Notes: generated by a model from the letters alone, not told the origin. Counted from the whole stretch's first letter, positions 10,264 through 20,763 are shown. The stretch: 63,945 nucleotides of DNA, filler included, from 4 parts of 4 records of this genome joined end to end with filler, not necessarily neighbours in it; one strand, 5' to 3'. Numbers and translations: made by a program.

Positions 10264-10785
10264 TTATTGTTTTAAATCTAAATAGTCTATCATTTGGTTA
10301 TAATCCCTTACATCTAGCTCATTACGTGTTAATCCAGATATTTTGGATGGCCTTACCGCAATGATATTGAGTTCCTTGAATTTCAAATTATTTCCGTAGG
10401 GCATAGAGCTATCAAATTTTTCAGCATGGAGAACAAGGGTCAAACCATTGCTTCTGGAATAATAAGTCTTTAGATTTTTTTCAATCTGCACATTTGGAAC
10501 AGGAAGCCAAGTTTTAGATTCCGCTTCAGCGGATTTATAGAACGGGAATAGTAATAATGGCTCAGTATTGGATAAACCATAGTCATTTTCTGGAATAACC
10601 AAGTCCAAGCTTAAACTATCTCTAAGGGTATTTTTGCCAAGAGCGATTAGGGCTGCATCAGCCTTTACAAGGCTTTGTTGTGTTTCTGGGTTCCCATCAA
10701 AGGAACTGTCATCGTTTGAGCATGATATAAACAATATGATTAAGCTTATTGAGAATATATTTGATATGAAGGATTTTGTTTTCAT
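10264..10785 (-). CDS. Hypothetical lipoprotein
   Basis: Lipobox FISC followed by acidic SNDDS; no family recognised with confidence. Confidence 0.7.
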   Translation of the reverse strand: MKTKSFISNIFSISLIILFISCSNDDSSFDGNPETQQSLVKADAALIALGKNTLRDSLSLDLVIPENDYGLSNTEPLLLFPFYKSAEAESKTWLPVPNVQIEKNLKTYYSRSNGLTLVLHAEKFDSSMPYGNNLKFKELNIIAVRPSKISGLTRNELDVRDYNQMIDYLDLKQ

Positions 10786-10833
10786 GTTATGGATTTTGTT
10801 TTCTTATGACAGAGTTATATTTGTTGAGTCTTT

Positions 10834-11937
10834 TTAGTTGATTGCAAAACGTAGAGCGAATACATTATTATTTTCATTGGATTCATCATTGTCATCATCA
10901 TCGTCAACTCGAATCAGCAACCAAAAATTACCACCGACACTATTAAAATCGTATGTAAAAAGTGTAACAGAGGAATAATCTCCACTGTTTGTACTGAGTG
11001 ATCCAATGTTGGATGTTTTTATTCGCGTATCTGAATTACTTTCAAAAGTGCTGTTTGCTGAAATATAATACCCAACTGTAGTGGAAGTAGAAGTGGCATT
11101 GCCAAGATTTTGGACGAGTACATCAATATTTGCAATTCCACTGGGATTATTTAAGTAGTGTCTATCTGTTCCAATTTGGCTGAAATAATTATCACAGCCA
11201 AAGCAATCGCTATTGATTACGGATCCGTTTAAATTGATGGAGAGATCAGGTTCTCCCGGACAACCATTATTGGATGCTGGACCGGATTCGTTGGGGCAGT
11301 TATCTTGGTCATCAGGTATGCCATCATTATCACTATCAATAACACAATTGATATTAATAGGATTTCCTATTGATTGTCCATCTAGACTAAAATCTGCATC
11401 ACCTTTTCCATTATATCTGTTTAAAATTCTGCAATATCTGGTTCCTAGACTGCCACCAAGATTTATTTGATAAACTTCATCATGATCTAATAATCTATCA
11501 ATTAAAATATTGACCTTATATCTACCATCATGGGCAGTTGAATTACCACAATATCTATCCTTTGCTTTTTGTAGGGTAGTGAACGTTTCAAACCTATGAT
11601 ATCTATTAAAAACATAGCTGCATACGTCCTTAGAAGACCCAATTCCTGAGCCATTCAAGTAAAAATCTGCATCCCCGGTTCCGGAGTATCTATTAAGAAC
11701 TTTTGCATACCGGACCCCCAGATTAAAGTTGCTGCCAAAATCAATTACATAATATTCCCCATTGTTCAACAAATAATCAATGTCTAAGTTCACTTTAACA
11801 ACAAAGGCATCAGAAGTATTCCCAACACATGCTTTTTCTGCTGTAGCATAGGTTTCGAACCTATGATAATTATAAGTCTGAGCGGAGGAAACGTAAAAAG
11901 AAAAGATTAAGCATAAACATAAAGTAATTTTTCTCAT
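10834..11937 (-). CDS. Secreted protein: two copies of an unknown ~88-aa domain + thrombospondin type-3-like repeat + CARDB-like Ig domain
   Basis: Signal peptide; YHRFET..NRYxGxGDADF twice; DSDNDGIPDDQDNCP; PDL..VQNLG..RVDDDDDNDESNENNN. Confidence 0.75.
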   Translation of the reverse strand: MRKITLCLCLIFSFYVSSAQTYNYHRFETYATAEKACVGNTSDAFVVKVNLDIDYLLNNGEYYVIDFGSNFNLGVRYAKVLNRYSGTGDADFYLNGSGIGSSKDVCSYVFNRYHRFETFTTLQKAKDRYCGNSTAHDGRYKVNILIDRLLDHDEVYQINLGGSLGTRYCRILNRYNGKGDADFSLDGQSIGNPININCVIDSDNDGIPDDQDNCPNESGPASNNGCPGEPDLSINLNGSVINSDCFGCDNYFSQIGTDRHYLNNPSGIANIDVLVQNLGNATSTSTTVGYYISANSTFESNSDTRIKTSNIGSLSTNSGDYSSVTLFTYDFNSVGGNFWLLIRVDDDDDNDESNENNNVFALRFAIN

Positions 11938-12019
11938 GGTATTAGTGTTTTATTTTGAACTAAAAATATAAGAAAAAGACTACCCTATGATTAAGTAATT
12001 ATTAATGAATAGTAAACAA

Positions 12020-12047
12020 AAAAGCCCCCGCAATTGCGGGGGCTTTT
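12020..12047 (-). terminator. Intrinsic terminator (perfect 28-bp palindrome)
   Basis: AAAAGCCCCCGCAATTGCGGGGGCTTTT. Confidence 0.8.
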
Positions 12048-12073
12048 AAAATTATAAGTATATATAATCTTGA

Positions 12074-12248
12074 TTAGTTGGCCCAATCAAAGATTGTTAC
12101 ATCTACAGTTGCAGTTGCATCATAAACTTCTGCAGGATCAGCATCTGCACCTTCAATTTGTACATTGGCCAATGGACCAGCATCGCTCATCAATACAGAA
12201 GTATCATACCCTGTTAAGGAAAGTCCTGTAATGGTTGCTCCAGATTCT
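12074..12248 (-). CDS. C-terminal fragment of an acidic, probably surface-exposed protein (not in ORF track)
   Basis: Open minus frame ESGATITGLSLTGYDTSVLMSDAGPLANVQIEGADADPAEVYDATATVDVTIFDWAN*, followed by a terminator. Confidence 0.65.
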
Positions 12249-12348
12249 NNNNNNNNNNNNNNNNNNNNNNNNNNNNNNNNNNNNNNNNNNNNTTAATTAA
12301 TTAANNNNNNNNNNNNNNNNNNNNNNNNNNNNNNNNNNNNNNNNNNNN
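12249..12348. other. Artificial contig linker
   Basis: 44 N + TTAATTAATTAA (stops in six frames) + 44 N. Confidence 0.99.
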
Positions 12349-13509
12349 GAGGATACGGCGCAGAACCCACATTTTCGAAAGCGTGCCCTGGTCGACCAGA
12401 AGTTCTTCTTTCCGGGTACCGGACTTGAGGATATCGATTGCCGGGAACACGCGCTTGTCTGCAACCTTGCGGTCAAGCACCACTTCCGAGTTACCTGTGC
12501 CCTTGAATTCCTCAAAGATCACTTCATCCATACGGCTACCGGTTTCAATCAGCGCCGTTGCAATGATGGAAAGCGAGCCGCCTTCCTCAATGTTACGGGC
12601 TGCACCGAAGAAGCGTTTCGGGCGCTGCAATGCGTTGGCATCCACACCACCGGTGAGTACCTTACCGGATGACGGTACCACCGTATTGTAAGCCCGTGCG
12701 AGACGAGTGATACTATCAAGAAGGATCACAACGTCCTTGCCGTGTTCCACCAGCCGTTTGGCTTTCTCGATCACCATTTCTGCAACCTGTACGTGGCGGG
12801 ATGCCGGCTCATCAAATGTGGATGAAACCACCTCACCCTGCACGCTGCGCTGCATGTCTGTCACTTCTTCCGGGCGTTCATCGATCAAAAGCACGATGAC
12901 ATAACACTCAGGATGGTTGGCAGAGACGCTTTTCGCAATGTTTTGCAGAAGCACGGTTTTACCGGTGCGCGGCGGCGCCACGATAAGCGCACGCTGGCCT
13001 TTACCGATCGGTGCAACAAGATCAATCACCCTTGGTGATTTGTCTTTCACCGTTGGGTCATCAGGATCGAGCTTCAGTTTTTCATCAGGGTAAAGCGGCG
13101 TCAGGTTATCGAAGTGCACCTTGTGTTTGGTTTTCTCAGGTTCATCAAAATTGATTTTGGAAACCTTCAGAAGCGCAAAATACCGCTCACCATCCTTGGG
13201 GGCGCGAATCTGGCCTTCAACCGTGTCACCGGTCCTGAGCGCAAAACGCCGGATCTGGCTGGGGCTCACATAAATATCATCGGGGCCTGGCAGATAGTTT
13301 GATTCCGGGCTGCGCAGGAAACCAAATCCGTCAGAAAGGATTTCAATCACGCCAGCACCCATGATTTCAATGTCATCATCAGCAAGATGCTTGAGGATGG
13401 CAAACATCATGTCTTGCTTGCGCATGCTGGAGGCGTTTTCAACGCCTACTTCTTCCGCGAGCGAAAGCAAATCCGCCGGGGTCTTTTCTTTGAGATCCTG
13501 TAAATGCAT
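12349..13509 (-). CDS. rho: Transcription termination factor Rho (3' truncated)
   Basis: [37 protein letters not shown]; likely start MHLQDLK at 13509. Confidence 0.97.
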
Positions 13510-13737
13510 GGGATCGTCCAACTTCTTGTTATTCAAGGGAATTTCCAGATTATTGGGGCTACAGGCCCAGTCTTTGGAAAATGATACTGCCGGGGGATAC
13601 ACACATCAAAAACCGGCAATTTCGGGAAATTTGGATGGCATGCGCCAGATATGGCACACACCGGATGCCTCAAGCTAGCATGTTGCCCTCGCCTGTCAAG
13701 GTATTTGGTACCAGAACAGTATAATTTAAAACCACCC

Positions 13738-14184
13738 TTAAAAGGCCTTTGGCACCACCAAAAGCACGATGGCAAAAATAAACACGGCCGGGATTTCATT
13801 GATGCGGCGAAAATAGGTCTCGCTTTTGGGGCGTTCCCCGCGTTCAAAGGCTTTGCGGTACTTTGATAACATGCCATGAAAACCGGACAGCAGGAACACC
13901 AGAAGCAGTTTCGCGTGCAGCCAGCCACCTGCATCAAGCCCGATATTGAACACAAGCATCAGGCCCAAAATCCAGGTGATGCTCATGGCCGGATTGATAA
14001 TGATCCGCATCAGGCGGCGTTCACGCTCAATCCAGTTCTTGTCTTCATCCGAGCCAACCTTTGTGGTTGAATGATAGGCAAGATAGCGCGGCAGCATAAA
14101 CATACCGGCCATCCAGAAGATAACAAAAATGATGTGAAGAGCTTTCACCCAGAGATAAAACTCGCCCAAATAGCCTTCCATCAC
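13738..14184 (-). CDS. hemJ: Protoporphyrinogen IX oxidase HemJ
   Basis: WVKALHII..FWMAGMFMLPR, ERRL, NEIP motifs; located between hemE and rho. Confidence 0.9.
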   Translation of the reverse strand: MMEGYLGEFYLWVKALHIIFVIFWMAGMFMLPRYLAYHSTTKVGSDEDKNWIERERRLMRIIINPAMSITWILGLMLVFNIGLDAGGWLHAKLLLVFLLSGFHGMLSKYRKAFERGERPKSETYFRRINEIPAVFIFAIVLLVVPKAF

Positions 14185-14222
14185 ATGTCCCCCAGTTTGA
14201 TTTTTCTGTTAGCACCTGGCTG

Positions 14223-15254
14223 TTAGCGCCGGAAATTTTTAATGGTTTTTGAGAGAAGTGCCACATTCTCAGGCGGCGTTTCGGGTACAAAACCATGGCC
14301 CAAGTTGAAAATGTGGGCACCACCCTTCAGCGTTTCAAGGATACGGTAAGCCTCGTCTACCATCAACTCGCCGCCGGAAACCACTAGGTGTGGGTCAAGA
14401 TTACCCTGAACACAGACCTTGTTTTGCACATTGTCCCGCGCCCACTCAAGCGGCACACCGGTATCAAGCGAAACCGCGTTCACCCCGGTTTTTGATACAA
14501 ACTCGGGCAGTATCGCGCCGGAAAGCCGCGGAAAACCAATAATAGGCACTTCCTTGTGCTTGGCGCGAATTTTATCCACGATCGCAACGGTCGGCTCGAT
14601 CACCCATTTCTGGAACATGGTTTCAGGTAGTGCTGCAGACCAGCTGTCAAAAATCTGCACCGCATCTGCACCCGCTTCAATTTGTGCACACAGGTATTCA
14701 GCCGTTGCATCCACAAGAATATCCAGAATTTTCTGGAACAATTCCGGGTTGCCGTATCCCATCTGACGTGCAGCAGCATGGTCTTTGCTGCCAGCTCCCT
14801 CAATCATATAGGTGGCAACAGTCCAGGGCGCGCCCGCAAAACCAAGCAAGGTTACATCTGAAGACAGTTCAGCCTTTAACCGGCGCACGGTCTCATACAC
14901 ATTGCCAACCTTGTCATGGAAAGCACCCAGTGAAAGATTGTCAAAACCGGTATGGTCTTTAATGGCTTCAAGTTTTGGCCCGTGCCCTGCTTCAAACCAT
15001 ACCTTCTGGCCAAGTCCGTCTGGTACAACAAGAATGTCCGCAAACAATATGGCACCGTCCATGCCGTAACGGCGGATCGGTTGCAGGGTTACTTCCGCTG
15101 CTTTTTCCGGGCTATAACAGAACTCCATAAAGCTGCGGGTTGTGGCACGAACTTCACGGTATTCCGGCAGATACCGTCCTGCCTGACGCATGAACCAGAA
15201 CGGGACCCGATCGCCGGGGTTACCTTGAAGGGTGTTTAAAAGCAGTTTTGGCAT
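14223..15254 (-). CDS. hemE: Uroporphyrinogen decarboxylase
   Basis: WFMRQAGRYLPEYR, GFAGAPWT, FNLGHG. Confidence 0.96.
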   Translation of the reverse strand: MPKLLLNTLQGNPGDRVPFWFMRQAGRYLPEYREVRATTRSFMEFCYSPEKAAEVTLQPIRRYGMDGAILFADILVVPDGLGQKVWFEAGHGPKLEAIKDHTGFDNLSLGAFHDKVGNVYETVRRLKAELSSDVTLLGFAGAPWTVATYMIEGAGSKDHAAARQMGYGNPELFQKILDILVDATAEYLCAQIEAGADAVQIFDSWSAALPETMFQKWVIEPTVAIVDKIRAKHKEVPIIGFPRLSGAILPEFVSKTGVNAVSLDTGVPLEWARDNVQNKVCVQGNLDPHLVVSGGELMVDEAYRILETLKGGAHIFNLGHGFVPETPPENVALLSKTIKNFRR

Positions 15255-15299
15255 GAAGTACTCCTGAACGGTCAGGCTCGGTTTCTAACCCGGGCACAT

Positions 15300-15660
15300 C
15301 CTTCCTACTACTCAATAATATATAAATAAATAATTGTAGTAGTTGTTGATGCCTGTGAATCATGTGGAAAACCATTTATCCACAATCTTGTGCACAAGCA
15401 ATGCATGTGCGGCATTTTTACCTGTCTTTTGTGGGTAAGGTACGGGAATAAAGTGTAATATTACTGTAATCACTTGTGAAAATACCCTGTGGAAAACGGG
15501 GAAAACATCAAAATATAGTGTTTTAGGCGCCAGGTTATCCTCCTAAACTTCGCCTGTGGGCAATAAGAAAACTTTCGCTAACAAACACTTCACAAATTGG
15601 GGTTAAACGCCGTAGGCTTTTTCTCAACCGGTTCATCCTCCAGTTATCCACAGGGTAATC
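15300..15660. other. oriC: Probable chromosomal replication origin (oriC)
   Basis: Perfect DnaA boxes TTATCCACA at 15376-15384 and 15644-15652; near-matches at 15354, 15363, 15388, 15430, 15488, 15555; AT-rich tract 15313-15335; position between hemE and ppsR as in Caulobacter and other alphaproteobacteria. Confidence 0.88.
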
Positions 15661-15704
15661 CCAAGGGCTTTCATACAATTATCAGCCGGCACAAAGGGGC
15701 ACAT

Positions 15705-16559
15705 ATGCCACAAAAACCCGATGACGAGTTTCACCTGCATCTGGTGTCAGATTCCACCGGTGAAACGCTTGAAGCCATAGTTCAGGCCGCACTTGTGCAG
15801 TTTGAAGGGGTGAATGTTAAAAAACATTATTGGCCGCTTGTCCGCTCTGCCATGCAAATGACGCGGCTGATGGAAGACATTCGCGAACAGCCGGGCCTTA
15901 TCATGTATACACTGGTGAATGTGCAGATCCGCGAGGCGCTTGAGCGCGACGCGATGGAAGCAAGCCTGCCGGTGCTGTCTATCCTTGATCCGGTGATCAA
16001 TCTGCTTGGTTCTTATTTTGGCGTGCAGGCGTCGCACAAACCGGGGCGGCAGCATAAGCTGGACGCGCATTATTTTGAACGGATTGACGCGCTTCAGTTC
16101 ACCATGGCGCATGATGACGGGCAACTAACTCAGGATATGCCGCAGGCTGACATCATCCTTGTGGGTGTGTCGCGATCGTCCAAAACACCCACCAGTATTT
16201 ATCTTGCGAACAAGGGCTATAAAACCATCAACGTGCCGTTTGTGCCCGGTTGCCCGATGCCGCGGGAGTTGGATGAAATCAGGGGCAAATTTGTTATTGG
16301 CTTGACCACAAGTGCTGAGCGTCTTGTTGCCATTCGCACCAACCGCCTTCGGTCCATCAATCAGGATGAAGAAGGTGATTACACTGATATCTCCCACATT
16401 CAGGAAGAGATAAAAGAATGCCGCAAATATTGCACCCAGCGCGGCTGGCCTACCATTGATGTAACACGCCGCTCCATTGAAGAAACAGCGGCAGCAATCC
16501 TCAACCGCTATAACCAGTGGATAGACAAAGAGATGGAAGCCCGAAATGGCAGGGACTGA
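15705..16559 (+). CDS. ppsR: PEP synthase/PPDK regulatory kinase-pyrophosphorylase (DUF299)
   Basis: HLVSDSTGET, HDDG, GVSRSSKTPTSIYLA, DVTRRSIEETAA; start revised to ATG 15705. Confidence 0.9.
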   Translation: MPQKPDDEFHLHLVSDSTGETLEAIVQAALVQFEGVNVKKHYWPLVRSAMQMTRLMEDIREQPGLIMYTLVNVQIREALERDAMEASLPVLSILDPVINLLGSYFGVQASHKPGRQHKLDAHYFERIDALQFTMAHDDGQLTQDMPQADIILVGVSRSSKTPTSIYLANKGYKTINVPFVPGCPMPRELDEIRGKFVIGLTTSAERLVAIRTNRLRSINQDEEGDYTDISHIQEEIKECRKYCTQRGWPTIDVTRRSIEETAAAILNRYNQWIDKEMEARNGRD

Positions 16560-17172
16560 CGGCGTAAGAGCTGACGTGCCTGAGCTCATCCTTGCGTCTG
16601 GCAGTGAGACCCGCGTGAAGATGTTGGCTGACGCCGGAGTGCGCTTTAAAAGCATCAAACCCGCTGTGGATGAAGACGCGATCAAGGCTGCCCTGTTGGC
16701 GGACGGCGCGTCCCCACGGGATATCGCCGATGCGCTCGCGGATATGAAAGCGCGCTCGGTTTCCTTTATGCACCCAGGTGCTCTCATTCTCGGGTCTGAT
16801 CAGGTGATATCGAAAGACGGCGTGCTGTTTTCAAAAGCCAGCACCCGCGAGGACGCCAAAAAAACGCTGATGGCGCTTGCTGGTGGCACGCATGAGCTGG
16901 TCTCTGCTGCTGTGATTTATCAGGGCGGTGAGGCGGTGTGGCGCGCACTTGATAGCGTGAAGCTGACCATGCGCACCTTGAGCGATGCATTTATTGATAG
17001 TTACCTTGATGATATTGGTGACGCGGCTTTATGGTCGGCGGGCGCGTATCAGCTGGAGGGCCAGGGCGCTCAGCTTTTCACCCGTGTTGACGGTGACTTT
17101 TTCACAGTGCTTGGCTTGCCCCTGTTGCCTGTGCTTGACTATCTGCGCCGAAGAGAGGTGCTTCCCTTATGA
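16546..17172 (+). CDS. maf: Maf-family nucleoside triphosphate pyrophosphatase
   Basis: LILASGSETR, LGSDQ, GAYQLEG, VLGLPL. Confidence 0.9.
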   Translation: MAGTDGVRADVPELILASGSETRVKMLADAGVRFKSIKPAVDEDAIKAALLADGASPRDIADALADMKARSVSFMHPGALILGSDQVISKDGVLFSKASTREDAKKTLMALAGGTHELVSAAVIYQGGEAVWRALDSVKLTMRTLSDAFIDSYLDDIGDAALWSAGAYQLEGQGAQLFTRVDGDFFTVLGLPLLPVLDYLRRREVLPL

Positions 17173-18005
17173 GTAACCCCCATAAAGCTGCGGTGATTGG
17201 CTGGCCGCTTACCCATACACTATCGCCGGTTATTCACAGTCACTGGATGGCCACTCATGGTGTGGACGGTGTTTATGAGAAAATGCCTGTTGCTCCCGAT
17301 GATCTGGGAAGCGCTATCAATAAAATGAAAATGGAAGGATATGTGGGGTTCAATATCACGGTCCCTCATAAGGAAATGATTATCCCACACCTTGATATAG
17401 TAGCGCCGCTTGCGCGCCTCATGGGGGCGGTGAACACTGTCAAAATTGATGAAAACGGCGTTATCACAGGTTTTAATACCGACGGCATTGGCCTTGTGGC
17501 AAACCTGCAGAAATCTGTCGCGTCCTGGCCGAAAGACAAACCAGCACTTGTGCTTGGCGCGGGTGGTGCCGCGCGGGCGGCGGCTCTTGGTCTTTTGAAC
17601 GAGGACCTGCCTTTTGTGATGATCTCAAACCGCACGCGTGAAAAGGCGGAAACGGTGGCGGCGGAGGTTGGCCGGGGCCGTATGGTCGTGATCGACTGGA
17701 ACAGCAGGCATGAGGCGGCGGCATCATCGGGCCTTATCGTAAACACCACGGTTCTTGGTATGCACGGCAACCCTGCCCTTGATGTTGACCTTTCCCGCGC
17801 AGGCAAAGACACCGTTGTGTATGACATTGTATACCAACCGCTTATCACACCGCTCTTGAATGAAGCGGCGGAGCGTGGGCTCAGAACGGTGACCGGGCTT
17901 GGCATGCTGGTCTATCAGGCGGCAGCGGCGTTCAAGATATGGTTTGATATCATGCCTGAGTATGATGATGTGCTTAAAGAACGGCTGGAGGCGGTGTTTC
18001 GATGA
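17169..18005 (+). CDS. aroE: Shikimate dehydrogenase
   Basis: SPVIH, NITVPHK, AVNT, NTDG, GAGGAA, GMLVYQA. Confidence 0.93.
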   Translation: MSNPHKAAVIGWPLTHTLSPVIHSHWMATHGVDGVYEKMPVAPDDLGSAINKMKMEGYVGFNITVPHKEMIIPHLDIVAPLARLMGAVNTVKIDENGVITGFNTDGIGLVANLQKSVASWPKDKPALVLGAGGAARAAALGLLNEDLPFVMISNRTREKAETVAAEVGRGRMVVIDWNSRHEAAASSGLIVNTTVLGMHGNPALDVDLSRAGKDTVVYDIVYQPLITPLLNEAAERGLRTVTGLGMLVYQAAAAFKIWFDIMPEYDDVLKERLEAVFR

Positions 18006-18595
18006 AGATCATTGGGCTCACCGGTTCTATCGGCATGGGAAAGTCTGAGACGGCGAAGATGTTTCAAACGCTTGGTGTACCTGTGTTTGATGCGGATGCC
18101 GCAGTGCATGCCTTGCAGGCGAAAGGTGGGCGCGCCATCCCTCATATAGAAGCGGCTTTCCCCGGCGTGATAGAAGACGGTGTGCTTGACCGTGCAAAAC
18201 TTGGCGAACGTGTTTTCAAAGATGACGCCGCGCGAAAAAAGCTGGAAAACATCATTCACCCCATGGTGGCTGAAGAGCGTGCGGCTTTTTTTAACGAGGC
18301 TGAAAAAGCGGGCGCAAAATTTGTTGTGCTTGATATACCGCTTCTGTTTGAAACCGGCGGCTATAAGGCTTGTGACAAGGTGGTGGTGGTATCTGCGCCC
18401 TCGGAGGTTCAGCGCGAACGCGTACTGGCCCGCCCCGGCATGACAGCTGAAAAATTTGACGATATCCTTGGCAAACAAACACCAGATAAAGTGAAGCGCG
18501 ACGGCGCTGATTATGTGATAGACACCAGCAAAGGCCTAGATCACGCGTTCGGGGCGGTTAAGAAAATAGTTGATGAACTGGAGAGATGGGCATGA
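18002..18595 (+). CDS. coaE: Dephospho-CoA kinase
   Basis: [18 protein letters not shown]. Confidence 0.95.
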   Translation: MKIIGLTGSIGMGKSETAKMFQTLGVPVFDADAAVHALQAKGGRAIPHIEAAFPGVIEDGVLDRAKLGERVFKDDAARKKLENIIHPMVAEERAAFFNEAEKAGAKFVVLDIPLLFETGGYKACDKVVVVSAPSEVQRERVLARPGMTAEKFDDILGKQTPDKVKRDGADYVIDTSKGLDHAFGAVKKIVDELERWA

Positions 18596-19266
18596 GTATG
18601 CGTGAGCTGATTTTCGATACGGAGACCACGGGTTTTGACCCCCTGAGCGGTGACCGGCTTATCGAAATTGGCCTTGTTGAAATGGTGGATAGAAACCTCA
18701 CCGGTCGTCACTACCACCAATTTGTCAACCCGGAACGCGACGTGCCTGAGGCTGCGGTGAAGGTACACGGCCTGACCACGGATTTCCTGCGCGACAAGCC
18801 CGTGTTCTCTGAGATCATGGACGAGTTTCTCGAGTTTATCGGTGACGATAGCAAGCTTGTGGCTCACAACGCCGAGTTTGATATGCGCTTCATCAACTGG
18901 GAGCTGGAGAACGCAGGCCGCCCCATTGTTCACGCGAAACGTTTTATCGATACGCTGGCGATAGCGCGTAATAAATTCCCCGGTGCGGCCAACTCACTTG
19001 ATGCCCTATGCAAACGGTTTGGTGTGTCAAACGGTCACCGTACGCTTCACGGTGCGCTCTTGGATGCCGAGATTTTGGCCGATGTTTATATTGAGCTCCT
19101 GGGCGGCAGACAGGCGGGGCTTGATCTCGCGGTTGATAACGACAGCGGGCTTGCGGTGCGCGAGAAAAAAGTGCGGGAGAAACGCAGCTTTCCGGTGAGC
19201 GAGGAAGAGCGTGCGATCCACGCGGCTTTTATTGCCAAGCTCGAAAATCCGGTCTGGAACAGTTAG
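18586..19266 (+). CDS. dnaQ: DNA polymerase III epsilon subunit
   Basis: FDTETTG, AHNAEFD, HGALLDA (DEDDh); true start may be 18592 or 18598. Confidence 0.95.
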   Translation: MGMSMRELIFDTETTGFDPLSGDRLIEIGLVEMVDRNLTGRHYHQFVNPERDVPEAAVKVHGLTTDFLRDKPVFSEIMDEFLEFIGDDSKLVAHNAEFDMRFINWELENAGRPIVHAKRFIDTLAIARNKFPGAANSLDALCKRFGVSNGHRTLHGALLDAEILADVYIELLGGRQAGLDLAVDNDSGLAVREKKVREKRSFPVSEEERAIHAAFIAKLENPVWNS

Positions 19267-19358
19267 CACGGGCATTGGGGCAAGGCACATTGACCAAAAG
19301 CCCGATAACCTTACTTCATGAAAAGCAGAATAAGTTCATTTGAGAAGAGGGGCTGGGA

Positions 19359-19739
19359 ATGTTCAGTCATGTCATGCTCGGGGCGGAAGATGTCGCCGAG
19401 TCCAAGAAGTTTTACGACGCAGTGATGGAAGTATTGGGCCATCGGCCGGGCCTTGTGGATGAGAAGGGCCGTTGTTTCTATTATGAGAAAACCGGTGTTT
19501 TTTCACTTTCCAAACCTATTGACGGCCAACCGGCCACTTGTGGCAATGGCAGCACACTCGGTTTTGCGGCCTCAAGTCCGGAAATGGTCGATGCCTGGCA
19601 CGCAGCGGGCCTTGCTCATGGCGGCACGGCAATTGAAGACCCACCGGGCATTCGCGAAGGCGGTGGCAAAAAATTGTATCTTGCCTACCTGCGTGACCCA
19701 AGCGGCAACAAGGTCTGCGCGCTGCATTTCATCAAATAA
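19359..19739 (+). CDS. VOC/glyoxalase family protein
   Basis: MFSHVMLG..SKKFYDA..YLAYLRDPSGNK. Confidence 0.85.
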   Translation: MFSHVMLGAEDVAESKKFYDAVMEVLGHRPGLVDEKGRCFYYEKTGVFSLSKPIDGQPATCGNGSTLGFAASSPEMVDAWHAAGLAHGGTAIEDPPGIREGGGKKLYLAYLRDPSGNKVCALHFIK

Positions 19740-19765
19740 CTGGGCCCCATGTGGGGCAGCAAAAG

Positions 19766-19792
19766 GGGTTGTAGCCAAAGCGGCTGCAACCC
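19766..19792. terminator. Hairpin between convergent VOC and lepB genes
   Basis: GGGTTGTAGCC-aaagc-GGCTGCAACCC. Confidence 0.55.
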
Positions 19793-20565
19793 TATTTTAT
19801 GAGGGTGAAGAAGCGCCCGAGCGGGACACCGATGGGGCAGGTGATCTCCTTGCCCTGGTCGCAGTCATAAAGGCTGAAGGTGGTGACATCAGCGCGGCCA
19901 ACAAGGTAAGCGTGTTTCACAAAACCCATATTGCCCAGCTCCCGACTGTCAGCTGAGCCGTCCCGGTTGTCCCCCATCATGAAATAATGCCCCTGTGGCA
20001 CTACATAAAGCGAGGTGTTGTCATAGGGCGCGCGGTCGGTGCGCTCATAAATGCGGTGTTTCACGCCGCCGGGCAGTGTTTCTTCATATTCCTTCACCCG
20101 ACGCTCATGGCCACTATAGTCCGTATAGTTCACATCGCGGATGAAAGTGCGTTGTACAAGGTCACCATTAATGTAAAGGCGGCCGCCTTTCAGCTGGATG
20201 GTGTCGCCCGGCAGGCCGATCACGCGTTTGATGAAATCATTGTGGTTGCGGTGCGGCAGTGTGAACACAGCGACATCGCCGCGTTCAGGCGCGTCATCAA
20301 ACAGGCGGCTCTCGGGAATAAAGCTTGGGTCAAAATTAAAGGAGAACCGATTGTAACCGTAGGAAAGTTTGGAGACAAAAATACGGTCTCCCACCTCAAG
20401 TGTAGGTTCCATGCTGCCGCTTGGTATATGGAAGCTGCCCCAGCCGAAGGTGGTGAACACCAGATAAAAAAGAACGATAACCCCGAGATCTTTCAGAAGC
20501 ACGGCAGCTTCATTCTTGGCAGGTTTCTTGGCCTCTCCGGCCAATTCCTTGGTGTCTTCCGTCAT
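19792..20565 (-). CDS. lepB: Signal peptidase I (probable paralog)
   Basis: IPSGSMEPTL, FIKRVIGLPGD, MMGDNRDGSADSR; likely start MTEDTK at 20565. Confidence 0.9.
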   Translation of the reverse strand: MTEDTKELAGEAKKPAKNEAAVLLKDLGVIVLFYLVFTTFGWGSFHIPSGSMEPTLEVGDRIFVSKLSYGYNRFSFNFDPSFIPESRLFDDAPERGDVAVFTLPHRNHNDFIKRVIGLPGDTIQLKGGRLYINGDLVQRTFIRDVNYTDYSGHERRVKEYEETLPGGVKHRIYERTDRAPYDNTSLYVVPQGHYFMMGDNRDGSADSRELGNMGFVKHAYLVGRADVTTFSLYDCDQGKEITCPIGVPLGRFFTLIK

Positions 20566-20712
20566 TGGTTTCCCGCCCTTTGCTGTCGGCATTATTATTG
20601 GTTTTTGTGATCTAGATCCGGTGGCGAGTTTAGCCAGAAGGCTTTCGTTTTCAATCTTTGTTTCGCTTATCACGAGATCACATTCCTCTTATCAAGCATC
20701 AACGCTGTATGC

Positions 20713-20728
20713 TTAAAAGACTTTTAAC
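20713..20728. promoter_or_regulatory. CtrA-box match
   Basis: TTAA-aagactt-TTAAC, an exact TTAA-N7-TTAAC. Confidence 0.55.
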
Positions 20729-20763
20729 CTGTGAAAAACTTACAAAATTTATCACAACATACC

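Noticed and set aside
12293-12304. TTAATTAATTAA repeated three times in the window
   Set aside because: Synthetic six-frame-stop spacer within N runs, not a biological repeat
13726-13741. CtrA-like site upstream of rho
   Set aside because: TTAA half-sites are 8 nt apart rather than 7, and one overlaps the hemJ stop
15597-15704. N-terminal extension of ppsR in the ORF track (similar extensions on rho, lepB, ubiH, tyrS)
   Set aside because: The ppsR extension runs through a DnaA box; downstream ATGs fit family starts and promoter or RBS positions better
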